A stretch of 64,000 nucleotides of DNA from Desulfosudaceae bacterium (GCA_963674745.2 CAXXDV010000001.1:2464001-2528000), one strand, 5' to 3'; positions 10,970 to 21,872 are shown, counted from the first letter of the stretch. The notes: generated from the sequence alone by a model not told the origin. A program made the numbers and translations.

Positions 10970-11629
10970 TCAGGATTTGCCTTTGGCCAGGGTTGCCGTC
11001 AGGTCGGACAAGGATTGCTGTAACAATACGGCATCCTTCGTCTGTGAATAGGCGCCGGTAATTCTCAGCAGTTGTTCGGTAATGGTATCGACCTCAAAAT
11101 CATATTGTTCTTCAGGCGCTGATGCCGGCGCTTTGGCGTCTTTAAACAGATCCGTCCGGGATTGTCGTATGGCATCCACCATCTGGTTAAATTCTTCAGA
11201 ATTATGAAGCTTGAATAAAAAATTCTGAAAGGCCAGGTCGTCTTCCAGGTGGAAACCCAGCTGGCTGGCCCGGCGATAAATTTTAACCACCGGCTGATTT
11301 TGCAAAACTGCGTCAAACAATAACAAAAAAACCAGTGGTTTTCGTCCCAGTCGGGAAAACACATATAGTGGCGCACTCCCCCTGGCATAAACCTTTTCGT
11401 AGAACATTTTGACGTCCGACAACTGGATCGCATCTCTTTGTACGGGAATGTTAATGTAGTTCAGCCCGAGTTCCCGGGCATGTTTTTTAACATAACCACC
11501 GAACAATTCTTCTTCGTCCCTTAAATCAATAAGGGTTTTGTAACCCAGTTCTTTTAGCTGCTTAAGATCGTCGAGGCCCGGAACCAGCCCGATGGTGATA
11601 CGTTCATTGAATTTTTTGGCGTTCTGCAT
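10970..11629 (-). CDS. DUF442/phosphatase-like (sulfurtransferase-type) domain protein lacking the catalytic Cys
   Basis: LKELGYKTLIDLR...LGLNYINIPV...PLYVFSRLGRK; AGGAGG RBS before ATG 11629. Confidence 0.7.
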   Translation of the reverse strand: MQNAKKFNERITIGLVPGLDDLKQLKELGYKTLIDLRDEEELFGGYVKKHARELGLNYINIPVQRDAIQLSDVKMFYEKVYARGSAPLYVFSRLGRKPLVFLLLFDAVLQNQPVVKIYRRASQLGFHLEDDLAFQNFLFKLHNSEEFNQMVDAIRQSRTDLFKDAKAPASAPEEQYDFEVDTITEQLLRITGAYSQTKDAVLLQQSLSDLTATLAKGKS

Positions 11630-11690
11630 GATAGTTGCCTCCTGTAAAGTCGGGGAAATTATATCAGGCGACAACCGTAACTTATCTTAA

Positions 11691-11776
11691 TTTATATCAA
11701 CACCTTTTAAGTGTGTCAATATTTTTTGGTGTTGTGTTTGATTTGTCTTGACAAGCGTTTTGGCCGGGTTTAATAT
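11691..11776. promoter_or_regulatory. Back-to-back divergent sigma70 promoters
   Basis: Minus strand: TTGACA(11714-11719)-17-TATAAA. Plus strand: TTGACA(11748-11753)-17-TAATAT. Confidence 0.65.
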
Positions 11777-12031
11777 CATACTAAATTTGTATGAATTTAT
11801 CCGAGCGCAATTGTATGATTAGGCGGGCGAGGCCGGGAGAATCAAAGCATTACATTCAAAAAGGGTTTTTGATGCTGCCGGAACAGCCTGATCCGGGGGG
11901 AGGCAAAAAATACGCGGGCGAATCGCCCGATGCGTTTTGATAATAACCATCGAATTTTCATCTCATCTGTAAAGTCGCATCCGGGACCGGCGATGGTTTA
12001 ATTCCCGATTCTTATTTCTGGGAGCGTTGTT

Positions 12032-12517
12032 TTGGAATATCAGAACATTTTATTCTGCACAGATTATTCAGATGACGCGGAGTCCGCTTTTATTCATGCT
12101 CTGGACCAGGCCGTAAAGTATGGTGCCAAACTCCATTTCATCAATGTTATCCCCTCGGTCAATCCCTGTGGCCTCCATCTCCATGAATCAATGTCAAAGG
12201 AAGACAGTAGAAAAGAAAGCGATGCCCAGGATCAACGCCTGCGACTCGAAGAATTGGGCGCTTTGAAAAAGGCCTATGAGAATAAGTGTCAGGATGTGGT
12301 TGAACATACGTTTGAGATTAAAGTCGGCTCACCTGACGTGGAGATTATTAAATACGCCGATGAAAACAGGGTTGATTTGATTATCCTCGGCACCGCGGGA
12401 CGACATGAAAAGCGTCGTCTGACCTACACCAAGACGGCCGCCAATGTTTCGAAATACGCCAATTGCCAGATCATTACCATCGGCAGTCCGGAACGGGAAA
12501 CGTCGCCGGACGGTTGA
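12032..12517 (+). CDS. Universal stress protein (single USP domain)
   Basis: NILFCTDYS...VGSPDVEIIKYA...DLIILGTAG. Confidence 0.88.
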   Translation: MEYQNILFCTDYSDDAESAFIHALDQAVKYGAKLHFINVIPSVNPCGLHLHESMSKEDSRKESDAQDQRLRLEELGALKKAYENKCQDVVEHTFEIKVGSPDVEIIKYADENRVDLIILGTAGRHEKRRLTYTKTAANVSKYANCQIITIGSPERETSPDG

Positions 12518-12539
12518 TGATGGCGGAAAAAGAGGCTCG

Positions 12540-13604
12540 ATGATGGACCTGTCACATAAAGATCGCCTGCAGGACCTGACCTTCAAGAGCATTATCGATG
12601 CCCTGCCCTGTTACCTGATGATTCAGAACAGGGATTTCCAAATCCTGTTCGCCAACCACAGTTTTTTAAAAGATTTCGGCGCTGATGCGCCCGGTAAAAC
12701 CTGCTACGCGGTCTTAAAGGGGGTTCAGCATAAATGCCAGGAATGCCCGGTAAAGGAAACGTTTAACGATAAGGGGTTTCATGTTTCCGAAGAGACCATC
12801 TATTTGAACGACGGCAGAATAATGGAAATGCTGGCCTTTTCTGCTCCCCTCTTTGACGTGGTCGGTAATGTCATGGCTTCCATCAAGCTGCTGGCTAATG
12901 TCGGGTCCATTAAAAGCATGCATCGGGAGCTGGTTGCCCTGGGGCAGTCCATTGCCTTTCTTTCCCATGATATCAAAAACATCCTTGAGAACCTGCATGG
13001 CGGCGTATATGTAGTGGATGAAGCCATCCAGGAAAAGGACTGGTCGCTTTCTCTTCAGGGATGGGATGTCGTCAAACGTAATATCACCGAAATTACCCGT
13101 ATTTCCCAGAACATTCTTTTCTCTGCCAAAGACCGGCAGCCCGTACTTCAGGATATTTCACCGGAAGAACTGGCCCGACAGGCCGGGCTGCTGTTTGCCG
13201 ACAAGGCTCAAAGTCAGGGCGTCCAATTGCTGCTTCAACTGAACCCGGATGTTCCCAACCAAAAAATGGACCCGGCGGGTATTTCACGAATGCTGAGCAA
13301 TCTTATCTGGAACGCCCTGCAAGCCTGCCAGAAAGATAAACAAAAGAAGCTGCACCAGGTGTTTGTGAGGCTTGATTTCTATGACAATTTTCATTTCATG
13401 TTTGAGATTGAAGACAATGCCGGCGGGATGGAAAGGCAAACGTATGACAATCTTTTCAAGGAAATTTTTTCCACTAAGGGGCATTCCGGCACCGGTCTCG
13501 GGCTGATGCTGGTAAGGCGTATCGTGAAAAATCACCACGGAAAAATCGAGGTACTGACCAAACCGGGCAGGGGCAGTCTTTTCCGTATTATTTTCAAGCT
13601 ATAA
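12540..13604 (+). CDS. PAS-domain sensor histidine kinase
   Basis: PAS with CYAVLKGVQHKCQECP, H-box FLSHDIKNIL, DNAGG and GTGLGL boxes. Confidence 0.88.
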   Translation: MMDLSHKDRLQDLTFKSIIDALPCYLMIQNRDFQILFANHSFLKDFGADAPGKTCYAVLKGVQHKCQECPVKETFNDKGFHVSEETIYLNDGRIMEMLAFSAPLFDVVGNVMASIKLLANVGSIKSMHRELVALGQSIAFLSHDIKNILENLHGGVYVVDEAIQEKDWSLSLQGWDVVKRNITEITRISQNILFSAKDRQPVLQDISPEELARQAGLLFADKAQSQGVQLLLQLNPDVPNQKMDPAGISRMLSNLIWNALQACQKDKQKKLHQVFVRLDFYDNFHFMFEIEDNAGGMERQTYDNLFKEIFSTKGHSGTGLGLMLVRRIVKNHHGKIEVLTKPGRGSLFRIIFKL

Positions 13605-13613
13605 GGAGGTGCC

Positions 13614-14018
13614 ATGGCCGAGAACAGCAGGAAAATACTGATTATCGATGATAATTCGGATTATCTCTTCACCATGGAGACGTTTTTGTCCAGAAACGGA
13701 TTTACGGTCGTCACCGCTGATGACGGTGAAAAAGGCCTGGAGCTGATCCGGAAGGAAAATCCGGACCTGGTTCTACTGGATGTGATGATGACGTCTCTTT
13801 ACTCGGGTTTTGAGGTCTGCCGGCAGATGAAGAACGACCCGAAGACGCGGGATATACCCATCATCGGTATTTCCGGCATGAAGGATGAGCTCGGTGTGCA
13901 GTTCGATTTGAATCGTGATGCCGAATATTTCAGCCCGAATACTTTTTTTGATAAACCGGTCGACAAACAGGCCCTGTTGAAATGCATTAATAACCTGCTG
14001 GCTGAATCAACACCATGA
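13614..14018 (+). CDS. Single-domain response regulator (CheY-like)
   Basis: ILIIDDN...LLDVMM...DKP; AAGGAGG RBS. Confidence 0.9.
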   Translation: MAENSRKILIIDDNSDYLFTMETFLSRNGFTVVTADDGEKGLELIRKENPDLVLLDVMMTSLYSGFEVCRQMKNDPKTRDIPIIGISGMKDELGVQFDLNRDAEYFSPNTFFDKPVDKQALLKCINNLLAESTP

Positions 14019-14060
14019 GTCGAAAGCTTTTCTGTGTGACCAACAACCTGGGGAAAAAGA

Positions 14061-15683
14061 ATGCAAAAACCTAAACCATTTCATGTGATGTTTTTGACAG
14101 CGGTGATCGTTGTCGTTTTGTTGTTGTCCATATCCGGTCTGACGGTTGCCATGAGCGGCCGTCCGGGTGTCAAGCAGCGTCCGGACCTGCTGGTTATTGA
14201 TATCCCGCCGGTAGAAGGGCAGGACAAAATGGCCGGGGTCAGTTTTCTGCACGGGCCCCACAGTGAAGCGGTTAAACACGACTGTTCCGTCTGTCATATG
14301 ACGGATGATGTCGGGCCGGTATTCAAATTTAAACGTCTTTCCGATACGCAAGGGAAAGACCTCATGAATCTTTTTCATGAAGAATGCACGGCCTGCCATG
14401 TGGAGCGGAAAGAGCAGAAATTAAAAACCGGGCCCCAAGCCGGTGAATGCCGTGTCTGCCACAATACCCGGCCGATGTCGGAACCGGGGCAGCAGAAGGT
14501 GGCTTTTGACCGGTCGCTTCATTTCCGCCATGAAAAATCAGCTGATATCAAACCGGCCTCAAGGCAAGGTGAGGGCAATTGCAGCGTCTGTCATCATCAA
14601 TACAACCCCAAAACGCTGGATATTTACTATGAAAAAGGGCGCGAAGGCGCATGCACTTACTGCCACAAGGAAGCGCCGGTTGACAAAATCCGATCAATCC
14701 GCCGGGCCGCCCATGATTCCTGTGTGGCCTGTCACAGCAGACTGCTTAAAAAGCAGGTTGCGGCCGGTCCGGTAACCTGTGCGGCCTGTCATGACGTAAA
14801 TGCCTTTAAAGATATCGAGCCCCTCAAGGATGTGCCCCGCCTGGAAAGAAATCAACCGGAGGCGATATTTATCAGCGCCTGGGGTGCGATGAACCTGACC
14901 CCGGCCGAAACGGAAAATATCGAAAAACAGTACATGAACGTTGTGCCTTTTGATCACCGCTCCCATGAAGAGGCCGTTGTCTCCTGTAAAACCTGTCACC
15001 ATGAATCCCTGGATAAATGCGGCCGTTGCCATACGCCGGAAGGTTCGGAAAAGGGTGGTTATGTCCGGCTCGATCAGGCCATGCATGCGCAAGACAGCGA
15101 TCACAGCTGCCGGGGATGCCATGACAGGCAGAAAACAATGCGTCCGGACTGCGCGGGATGTCATTCTCTGATGGCGGAAAAACCCTTTGCTGATCAGGCT
15201 TGCGCTAAATGCCACGCTTCCGGCATACCGGCCGTGACACTGGCGAGCATGGAACCGGCGGATCAGAAGAAGATGGCCCGATCGGCGCTGAGCGGGCTTG
15301 CGGCCATGTTCAAGCCGGTGGTTGATGAGAAGATTCCGGACAAGGTGATCATTGATGCCATCGCCAAAGAATACGCGCCCAGCCAGTTCCCCCACCGGAA
15401 AATCGTCAAATCGATTATGGAAAGAATCGAGGGCAGTGAAATGGCCCGGGTATTCCATGGCGACGGTCGCACCCTCTGTATGGGATGCCATCATAACAGC
15501 CCCCTGTCTGATGAACCGCCCCGATGTGCCTCCTGCCACGGACAATCGACATTTACCAGGGATGGACGTCCCGGTTTAAAGGGCGCTTATCACGGTCAAT
15601 GTATTACCTGTCACCAGAAGATGAACATAAAGGCGGTGGCGGCCACTGACTGTACCAAATGTCATCAGGAAAAAAGCCCATGA
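14061..15683 (+). CDS. hmcA: High-molecular-mass 16-heme cytochrome c HmcA
   Basis: Signal/anchor peptide and 16 CxxCH motifs counted by eye; first gene of an hmc operon. Confidence 0.93.
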   Translation: MQKPKPFHVMFLTAVIVVVLLLSISGLTVAMSGRPGVKQRPDLLVIDIPPVEGQDKMAGVSFLHGPHSEAVKHDCSVCHMTDDVGPVFKFKRLSDTQGKDLMNLFHEECTACHVERKEQKLKTGPQAGECRVCHNTRPMSEPGQQKVAFDRSLHFRHEKSADIKPASRQGEGNCSVCHHQYNPKTLDIYYEKGREGACTYCHKEAPVDKIRSIRRAAHDSCVACHSRLLKKQVAAGPVTCAACHDVNAFKDIEPLKDVPRLERNQPEAIFISAWGAMNLTPAETENIEKQYMNVVPFDHRSHEEAVVSCKTCHHESLDKCGRCHTPEGSEKGGYVRLDQAMHAQDSDHSCRGCHDRQKTMRPDCAGCHSLMAEKPFADQACAKCHASGIPAVTLASMEPADQKKMARSALSGLAAMFKPVVDEKIPDKVIIDAIAKEYAPSQFPHRKIVKSIMERIEGSEMARVFHGDGRTLCMGCHHNSPLSDEPPRCASCHGQSTFTRDGRPGLKGAYHGQCITCHQKMNIKAVAATDCTKCHQEKSP

Positions 15684-15706
15684 AAAAGAAGGATGAAGGT
15701 GAGTTT

Positions 15707-16819
15707 ATGAAAATTTCCCGTAGAAAATTCCTGGGGTATCTGGGTGGCTTCTGTGCCGGAACGACATTGCCGGGTGTCGGAAGGGCTTATGGCGCTGCCA
15801 ATAAACATTTTTCCGGGTATCCGGGCAGCCTTGGTGTGCTTCATGATGTCTCAAAATGTATCGGCTGCCGCAGGTGTGAAGCCGCTTGTAATGAGGCCAA
15901 TGGAATGCCCGCCCCGGAAAAACCGTTTGACGATTTGTCGGTGCTTGAACAAGGCCGCAGAACCACTGCTGAGGCCTACACCGTGGTCAACCGGTTTCTT
16001 CCGGAAGGCAGGCCGCAAAAGCCGGTGTTTGTGAAAACCCAGTGCAATCACTGCCTGGAGCCCGCCTGTGCTTCGGCCTGTTTTGTCAAGGCCCTGAAAA
16101 AGGATAAATCCGGAGCGGTGGTGTATGATGAGTCCCTCTGCGTGGGATGCCGATACTGCATGATTGCCTGCCCGTTCAATATTCCGGCCTATGAATACAA
16201 TGACCCCCTGACGCCGGCCGTGACCAAGTGTACCATGTGTTTTACCACCCGGTTACAGCAGGGAAAGAAACCGGCCTGTGTGGAGGGCTGCCCTAAAGAA
16301 GCACTGATATTCGATGAAAGGGAAAAACTGGTCAAAGCCGCCTGGAAGACGATTTTCAAATATCCGGACCGTTATGTCAGCCATGTTTATGGTGAACACG
16401 AGATGGGCGGCACCAGCTGGCTGTATATTTCGCCGGTTGCTTTTTCGGAAATCGGTATGCGGGAAGACCTCGGCATCCAGTCGGCCGCCTCTTTTACCGC
16501 CGGCCCGTTAAGCGCGGTCCCTATTGTGGTCGGTTTGTGGCCGGTTCTCTTGACCGGTATATATGCCATTTCCAAACGAAAAGACAAAATCGCACAGCAG
16601 GAGCAGGCGGCCGCCGTTCAGACGACCGTGACGGATATGCAGGCGGAGATGGCCCGGCAGTTGGAGGCTCAGAAGGAAAAACTGGCCAGGGAAAAAGAAG
16701 CCGCCATCAGCTTTGAAGTCAAAAAAGCGCTGGAAGAGGCCGCACAGCAGACCGAGGAAACACCATCCGAAGATCCCGGGCAAACGCCATCAGAGGATCA
16801 GGACTTAAAGGAGGAATAG
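15707..16819 (+). CDS. hmcB: Hmc complex periplasmic Fe-S subunit HmcB
   Basis: Tat motif SRRKFLG, four-cluster NrfC/HybA-type Cys motifs, C-terminal TM helix and coiled-coil/acidic tail. Confidence 0.9.
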   Translation: MKISRRKFLGYLGGFCAGTTLPGVGRAYGAANKHFSGYPGSLGVLHDVSKCIGCRRCEAACNEANGMPAPEKPFDDLSVLEQGRRTTAEAYTVVNRFLPEGRPQKPVFVKTQCNHCLEPACASACFVKALKKDKSGAVVYDESLCVGCRYCMIACPFNIPAYEYNDPLTPAVTKCTMCFTTRLQQGKKPACVEGCPKEALIFDEREKLVKAAWKTIFKYPDRYVSHVYGEHEMGGTSWLYISPVAFSEIGMREDLGIQSAASFTAGPLSAVPIVVGLWPVLLTGIYAISKRKDKIAQQEQAAAVQTTVTDMQAEMARQLEAQKEKLAREKEAAISFEVKKALEEAAQQTEETPSEDPGQTPSEDQDLKEE

Positions 16820-17998
16820 ATGCTTCAGGACAAGCTTTTAATCGAAAAACCTGAAATGACGCCTTTCAACATCGTTGCCGGTATCATTTTACTGGCCGGC
16901 GGCATTCTGACGATTATGCGGTTTGCGGGCGGTCTGGGCGCGGTGACCAATCTGGACAACAATTATCCCTGGGGGATCTGGATCGGGTTCGATCTGCTCT
17001 GTGGCGTGGCCCTAGCCGCCGGTGGATATGTGACATCCGCAGCCTGCTACATTTTCGGGCTGAAGCGCTTTCATTCAGCGGTGCGGCCGGCGATTCTGAC
17101 GGCCTTCCTGGGCTATGCCCTGGTGGTGCTGGCCCTGCATTATGATGTGGGACGACCGTGGCGGTTGCCGTATCCCATCTTTTTTTCCCAGGGAACGACT
17201 TCACTGCTGTTTGAAGTGGGCTTATGCGTTTTTCTTTACCTGACGGTCCTTTTTGTTGAGTACAGCCCGGCGGCCCTGGAATGGCTTGGATTGAAGACGA
17301 TCCGGAACCTGGTGGTCCGTCTGACCCTGGTGCTGACGATTTTCGGGGTCATCCTGTCCACCCTGCACCAGTCCTCTCTGGGCGCTCTGTTCATGATCGC
17401 GCCTTCAAAGCTTCACCCGTTATGGTATTCTTCCTACCTGCCGGTCTATTTCTTTGTCTCCAGTATTTTCGCGGGCATGTCCATGGTAATCGTCGAAGGC
17501 GGCCTGGCACACAAATATCTGAAGGAGAAGATGGACCAGACCCACCTGGACGAGAACCAAGGCGTGGTGCTGGGATTCGCGCGGGCGGCCTCGCTTGTCA
17601 TGATGGGGTATTTCGGTATCAAGGTCATCGGCCTGGCTGTCGATAACAACTGGCACTATCTGGGGACCGGATGGGGGGCCTGGTTTATCCTGGAAATCGC
17701 CGGGTTCATCCTGCTGCCGGCCTTTCTGTATGCCATCGCGGCCCGGGAAAAAAATATGAAACCCGCCAGAGCGGCCGCCTGGATCACGGTTCTGGGAGTC
17801 GTTTTAAACCGGCTCAACATATCGGTCGTGGCCTTCAACTGGTATCTGCCGGCTTCGCAAAGGTATGTCCCCAGCATAATGGAAATCGGTACTTCCGTAT
17901 TCATTGTCACGCTGGGCGTTGTCATTTACCGCTTTATTACCACCCGGATGCCGATTTTGTTCGAACATCCGGAATACAAGACGGAAGACAATCATTAA
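16820..17998 (+). CDS. hmcC: Hmc complex NrfD/HybB-type membrane subunit HmcC
   Basis: YPWGIWIGFD, DVGRPWR and STLHQSSLG motifs; polytopic. Confidence 0.9.
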   Translation: MLQDKLLIEKPEMTPFNIVAGIILLAGGILTIMRFAGGLGAVTNLDNNYPWGIWIGFDLLCGVALAAGGYVTSAACYIFGLKRFHSAVRPAILTAFLGYALVVLALHYDVGRPWRLPYPIFFSQGTTSLLFEVGLCVFLYLTVLFVEYSPAALEWLGLKTIRNLVVRLTLVLTIFGVILSTLHQSSLGALFMIAPSKLHPLWYSSYLPVYFFVSSIFAGMSMVIVEGGLAHKYLKEKMDQTHLDENQGVVLGFARAASLVMMGYFGIKVIGLAVDNNWHYLGTGWGAWFILEIAGFILLPAFLYAIAAREKNMKPARAAAWITVLGVVLNRLNISVVAFNWYLPASQRYVPSIMEIGTSVFIVTLGVVIYRFITTRMPILFEHPEYKTEDNH

Positions 17999-18010
17999 AG
18001 GATAAATAGA

Positions 18011-18154
18011 ATGGAAGAGATGTTTTACACATTGCAGGATTTCATGACCCATACCAAGGGTGTTGTTTACATCATTATGGGGGCCATTCTGGTACTGATG
18101 CCGCTTTTCTGGCGCTTTTTGACGGATAAGGATGATCAGAAACCCACTTTTTAA
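18011..18154 (+). CDS. hmcD: Small membrane subunit HmcD (47 aa, below ORF-track cutoff)
   Basis: MEEMFYTLQDFMTHTKGVVYIIMGAILVLMPLFWRFLTDKDDQKPTF; single TM helix, between hmcC and hmcE. Confidence 0.85.
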   Translation: MEEMFYTLQDFMTHTKGVVYIIMGAILVLMPLFWRFLTDKDDQKPTF

Positions 18155-18300
18155 GGGCACCTTTAAAAATTGCCTTTTGGCCCGATGTCGGCGTTGTGCT
18201 CAAATTTTAATCCTCGAAATACTACAATGTATTCCTCCGGTTAAAATTCTCGCACGCCTTGACCTCGAACCAAAATCCTAATTTTTAGAGATACCCTTAA
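18151..18300. mobile_element. 150-bp MITE-like element with 21-bp terminal inverted repeats
   Basis: TTAAGGGCACCTTTAAAAATT ... AATTTTTAGAGATACCCTTAA (18/21 match); no coding capacity. Confidence 0.7.
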
Positions 18301-18327
18301 TGATGCCAACAAGAGAGGGAGGTTGCG

Positions 18328-19005
18328 ATGTATGCGTTTTTAACCGGTGCGGGATTCTGGTTTTCCCTGATGGTCTTTTTCGTGGGCTGCCTGATCCGCG
18401 TGGTGCTTTATTTCAAGGGGCTGGACTGGCAGCTGGATCGCGTGGCCTATAAGGCTTATCCGGCCCAGGGGCTCAAAGGCGCGTTGCGCTCCATTTATAA
18501 ATGGCTGATGCCGTTCGGGACCTACGGCTGGCGCCGGCAGCCGGTCATGACGGTTCTTTTTTTCAGCTTCCATGCCGGAGCCATACTGGTGCCTTTGTTC
18601 CTGCTGGCCCATCAGACCTTTTTAGAAGACAAAATCGGTTTCTCTGTTTTGTCATTGCCCGTTCCGGTTGCCGATTTTTTGACCTGGGTGGTTGTGGTCA
18701 GCGCGGCCTTTATCGTTTTAAGACGTCTGGCCCTGCCCGAGGTGAGAATACTGACGACCTGGGCCGATTACCTGATCCTCCTGGTGTCGGTAGCGCCTTT
18801 TATAACAGGTTTGATTGCCCGTTATGAGCTCGGCAACTATGACTTCTGGCTGACGACTCACATCCTGAGCGGAGAGATCTTTTTGATCCTGGTGCCGTTT
18901 ACCAAATTATCTCATATCGTTTTATTTTTCGCTTCACGGGCACAGCTGGGGATGGATTTCGGCATTAAACGGGGCGGGCTGAAAGGCACTAAAATGGCCT
19001 GGTAG
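18328..19005 (+). CDS. hmcE: Hmc complex cytochrome b subunit HmcE (NarI-like)
   Basis: Polytopic with conserved His (FSFHAG, LLAHQ, THIL, KLSHI). Confidence 0.9.
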   Translation: MYAFLTGAGFWFSLMVFFVGCLIRVVLYFKGLDWQLDRVAYKAYPAQGLKGALRSIYKWLMPFGTYGWRRQPVMTVLFFSFHAGAILVPLFLLAHQTFLEDKIGFSVLSLPVPVADFLTWVVVVSAAFIVLRRLALPEVRILTTWADYLILLVSVAPFITGLIARYELGNYDFWLTTHILSGEIFLILVPFTKLSHIVLFFASRAQLGMDFGIKRGGLKGTKMAW

Positions 19006-19043
19006 TTTATGTTAATTTGATTATTTTAAGGAGGCAGGAATTC

Positions 19044-20432
19044 ATGCCCGAAGGAAAATTGTGCAACAGACAACCGTTGGCGACCGCCGATGAGATCATC
19101 ACCCTGCTGGCGGATAAAAGCGGGGCCGAGTATTACCGGGAGATGAAGTCCCTGAATGTGGATACCACCCTGTTGTGGTCCACCATACAGAAGACATTCA
19201 AGTCCCGCATGAAAACCTGGCTGGAAATATGCGCCCATTGCGGCATGTGCGCCGACAGCTGTTTCTTTTATCGTATCAACGACAGGGATCCGAAACAGGT
19301 GCCGGCCTACAAGATCCAGTCCACCCTGGGTGAAATCGTCAAACGCAAGGGAAAGGTCGACAACCCGTTCATGCGTCATGCCATGGAGGTCGCCTGGGCC
19401 CAGTGCACCTGCTGCAATCGTTGTGCGCTTTACTGCCCTCATGGAATCGATACCGGCGTGATGTTCGGGTATCTGCGGGGGCTTTTGTATCAGCAGGGAT
19501 TTGTGCCCTGGGAGTTGAAAATCGGTGCCGGTATGCACCGGGTGTACCGGGCTCAGATGGATGTCACCGATGAAGATTTCGTCGAGACGTTTGAGTGGAT
19601 GGTGGAAGAATACGAGGACGAGTACCCGGGGTTGACCGTGCCGGTCGATAAAGAGAACGCCGACATCCTGTATACGGTCAACGCGCGCGAAGTCAAGCAT
19701 TATCCCGAAGACCTGGCCGAGGCGGCCATCCTTTTTCATCTGGCCGGAGAAAACTGGACGGTAACTTCCAAAGGTTGGGAGCAGACCAGCCTGGCCATGT
19801 TCGCGGGTGACTGGGCGGCCTGTAAAATGCAGGTGGAAAGCGTTTATGATGCCATGGATCGTCTGAAACCCAAAAGAATGGTCGGGACAGAGTGCGGGCA
19901 CGCCCATCGCGCCACGGTCGTGGAAGGGCCATACTGGGCGGGTCGCAAAAACGGGAAACCGCCGGTTGAGTCGATTCACTATGTGGAATGGCTGGCCGAA
20001 GCGTTAAGGGCAGGGAAGTTGAAAATAGACCCCGCCAAGCGGATAAAGGAACCGGTTACCATCCAGGATTCGTGTAACTATATACGGAACCATGGGCTAA
20101 AAGAGGCGACCCGGGAAATTGTTTCCCACATCGTGGCGCCGGGATATTTCATCGAGATGTCGCCCAACCGGGAACACAACTACTGTTGTGGCGGCGGCGG
20201 CGGGTTCAATGGCATCGGCGTTTTTCGCGCCCAGCGGAATAAAGCGCTGATTACCAAGCGGGACCAGATTCTTGCGACCGGTGCCAAACTGGTGCTTGCG
20301 CCCTGTCACAATTGCTGGGATGCCATTCGCGATCTGGAAGAAGAGTACGATATCGGGATCCGCTGGTCGTTTTTAAAACCCCTGCTGTTAAAGATGGTTG
20401 AAATTCCTGACCATTTAATGCCGCAGGAGTGA
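19044..20432 (+). CDS. hmcF: Hmc complex HdrD-like Fe-S/CCG subunit HmcF
   Basis: [27 protein letters not shown] and [16 protein letters not shown] before ATG 19044. Confidence 0.92.
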   Translation: MPEGKLCNRQPLATADEIITLLADKSGAEYYREMKSLNVDTTLLWSTIQKTFKSRMKTWLEICAHCGMCADSCFFYRINDRDPKQVPAYKIQSTLGEIVKRKGKVDNPFMRHAMEVAWAQCTCCNRCALYCPHGIDTGVMFGYLRGLLYQQGFVPWELKIGAGMHRVYRAQMDVTDEDFVETFEWMVEEYEDEYPGLTVPVDKENADILYTVNAREVKHYPEDLAEAAILFHLAGENWTVTSKGWEQTSLAMFAGDWAACKMQVESVYDAMDRLKPKRMVGTECGHAHRATVVEGPYWAGRKNGKPPVESIHYVEWLAEALRAGKLKIDPAKRIKEPVTIQDSCNYIRNHGLKEATREIVSHIVAPGYFIEMSPNREHNYCCGGGGGFNGIGVFRAQRNKALITKRDQILATGAKLVLAPCHNCWDAIRDLEEEYDIGIRWSFLKPLLLKMVEIPDHLMPQE

Positions 20433-20509
20433 GGCGGGAGAAACAGGCTGAATACAAGACAATGATACGCAGGTAGATCAAAGAAATAATATAAAAGCGG
20501 GGTTTGCCA

Positions 20510-21409
20510 ATGTTTCAGAGAATACTGTTCGCGACATCAGCCACCGAGGCTTGTGATCACGCGGCCCGGGTCGCTTTTAACATCGCGGCCATGAACCGGT
20601 CGTCCTTGCACATTTTTCATGTGCTCGGCGTGCCGACCCGGGGATATAGCCAGGATGTCATGGATGTCAAAACAAAAGAAAAAGTTGAAGTCGACGCTGA
20701 ATATGTCTCATGGGTCAAGGAAGAGGTCCGCACCTATTATGAGGAACAGCTGAAGGACAAGGCCGATACCGAGATAGAGGTGGCTGTCGGCTTTCCGCAT
20801 CGGGAGATTCTGCGCCAGGCCAGGGCCATCAATGCGGACCTGATTGTTCTGGGCCGCAGCACCGGCCAGGAGGCGGATTCGGTTTATAAAAAAAGCATGG
20901 CTGGTTCAACCGTTCAGCGGGTGGCCAGGGCCGCGCGCTGCCCGGTTTTGACCGTCAGTCGTCCGGCGGCATCGTTCTGGGGGGGGCTGTCCAATATCGT
21001 TTTCGGAACGGATTTTTCCGGGGCGTCGGATAAGGCCTTTGCGTTTGCCGTCGAACTGGCCCGGTCGCTTGGCTGCGAATTGCATATCTTTCATGCCCTG
21101 GATGTCAGTGCCATGCTGGTCGGAAAGGCCATAACCCAGGATGAGATCGAGCAGGGCCGCAGGGAAGCGCTGCGTCGGATACGGGGAAAATATATTTCCG
21201 GCATGGAAGGTATCAAAAACTATACAATGGAAGTCTGGGAAGGCATACCGTTTATCGAGATCGTAAAATATGCCCGGGAAAATTACGCCGACCTGATTGT
21301 TTTGGCGCATCACTCCCGGCCCGAAGAAACGGAGATGTCCACCATCGGCAGTAATGTGGAACAGGTGATTGTCCGCGCCGGCTGCCCGGTGATCAGTATG
21401 AACCGATAG
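20510..21409 (+). CDS. Tandem-domain universal stress protein
   Basis: Two USP domains (RILFATS..., NIVFGTDFS..., AxCPV). Confidence 0.9.
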   Translation: MFQRILFATSATEACDHAARVAFNIAAMNRSSLHIFHVLGVPTRGYSQDVMDVKTKEKVEVDAEYVSWVKEEVRTYYEEQLKDKADTEIEVAVGFPHREILRQARAINADLIVLGRSTGQEADSVYKKSMAGSTVQRVARAARCPVLTVSRPAASFWGGLSNIVFGTDFSGASDKAFAFAVELARSLGCELHIFHALDVSAMLVGKAITQDEIEQGRREALRRIRGKYISGMEGIKNYTMEVWEGIPFIEIVKYARENYADLIVLAHHSRPEETEMSTIGSNVEQVIVRAGCPVISMNR

Positions 21410-21447
21410 GGATAAATGTTATTAACCATGAACATTGAGAGGTGCCT

Positions 21448-21807
21448 ATGAAAAAGATTCTGATAATCGACGATGACCCGGAGATCCGGGACTATCTGTC
21501 CACCCTGTTTGAGGACAATGGCTATCAGGCGGTTACCGCCGCCGATGTGCCAGGGGCGCTGCAGACGGCTAAAGATGAGCGGCCGGATCTGATAACACTG
21601 GATTTGGATATGCCCGGTGAATGGGGTCCCCGGTTCTACCGCCATCTTTCGCAGGACAAGGAGCTTAAAAACACGCCCGTGATCGTTATCAGCGGTTTAT
21701 CCGGAAACAAGTATGCCATTGCCAAAGCCGTGGCCAGTCTGACCAAGCCGTTTGACCGGGAAGAGCTGATGTCGATTGTAAATGAAACACTGAATCCCGG
21801 AAAATAA
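21448..21807 (+). CDS. Single-domain response regulator
   Basis: ILIIDDDP...LDLDMPGEWGPRFYR...TKP. Confidence 0.9.
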   Translation: MKKILIIDDDPEIRDYLSTLFEDNGYQAVTAADVPGALQTAKDERPDLITLDLDMPGEWGPRFYRHLSQDKELKNTPVIVISGLSGNKYAIAKAVASLTKPFDREELMSIVNETLNPGK

Positions 21808-21872
21808 CAATTTTGTGTTTGTTGTTTTTTGCTGTTGAATAAACAGTTAACCCACAAACCGGTTTTTCGAAA

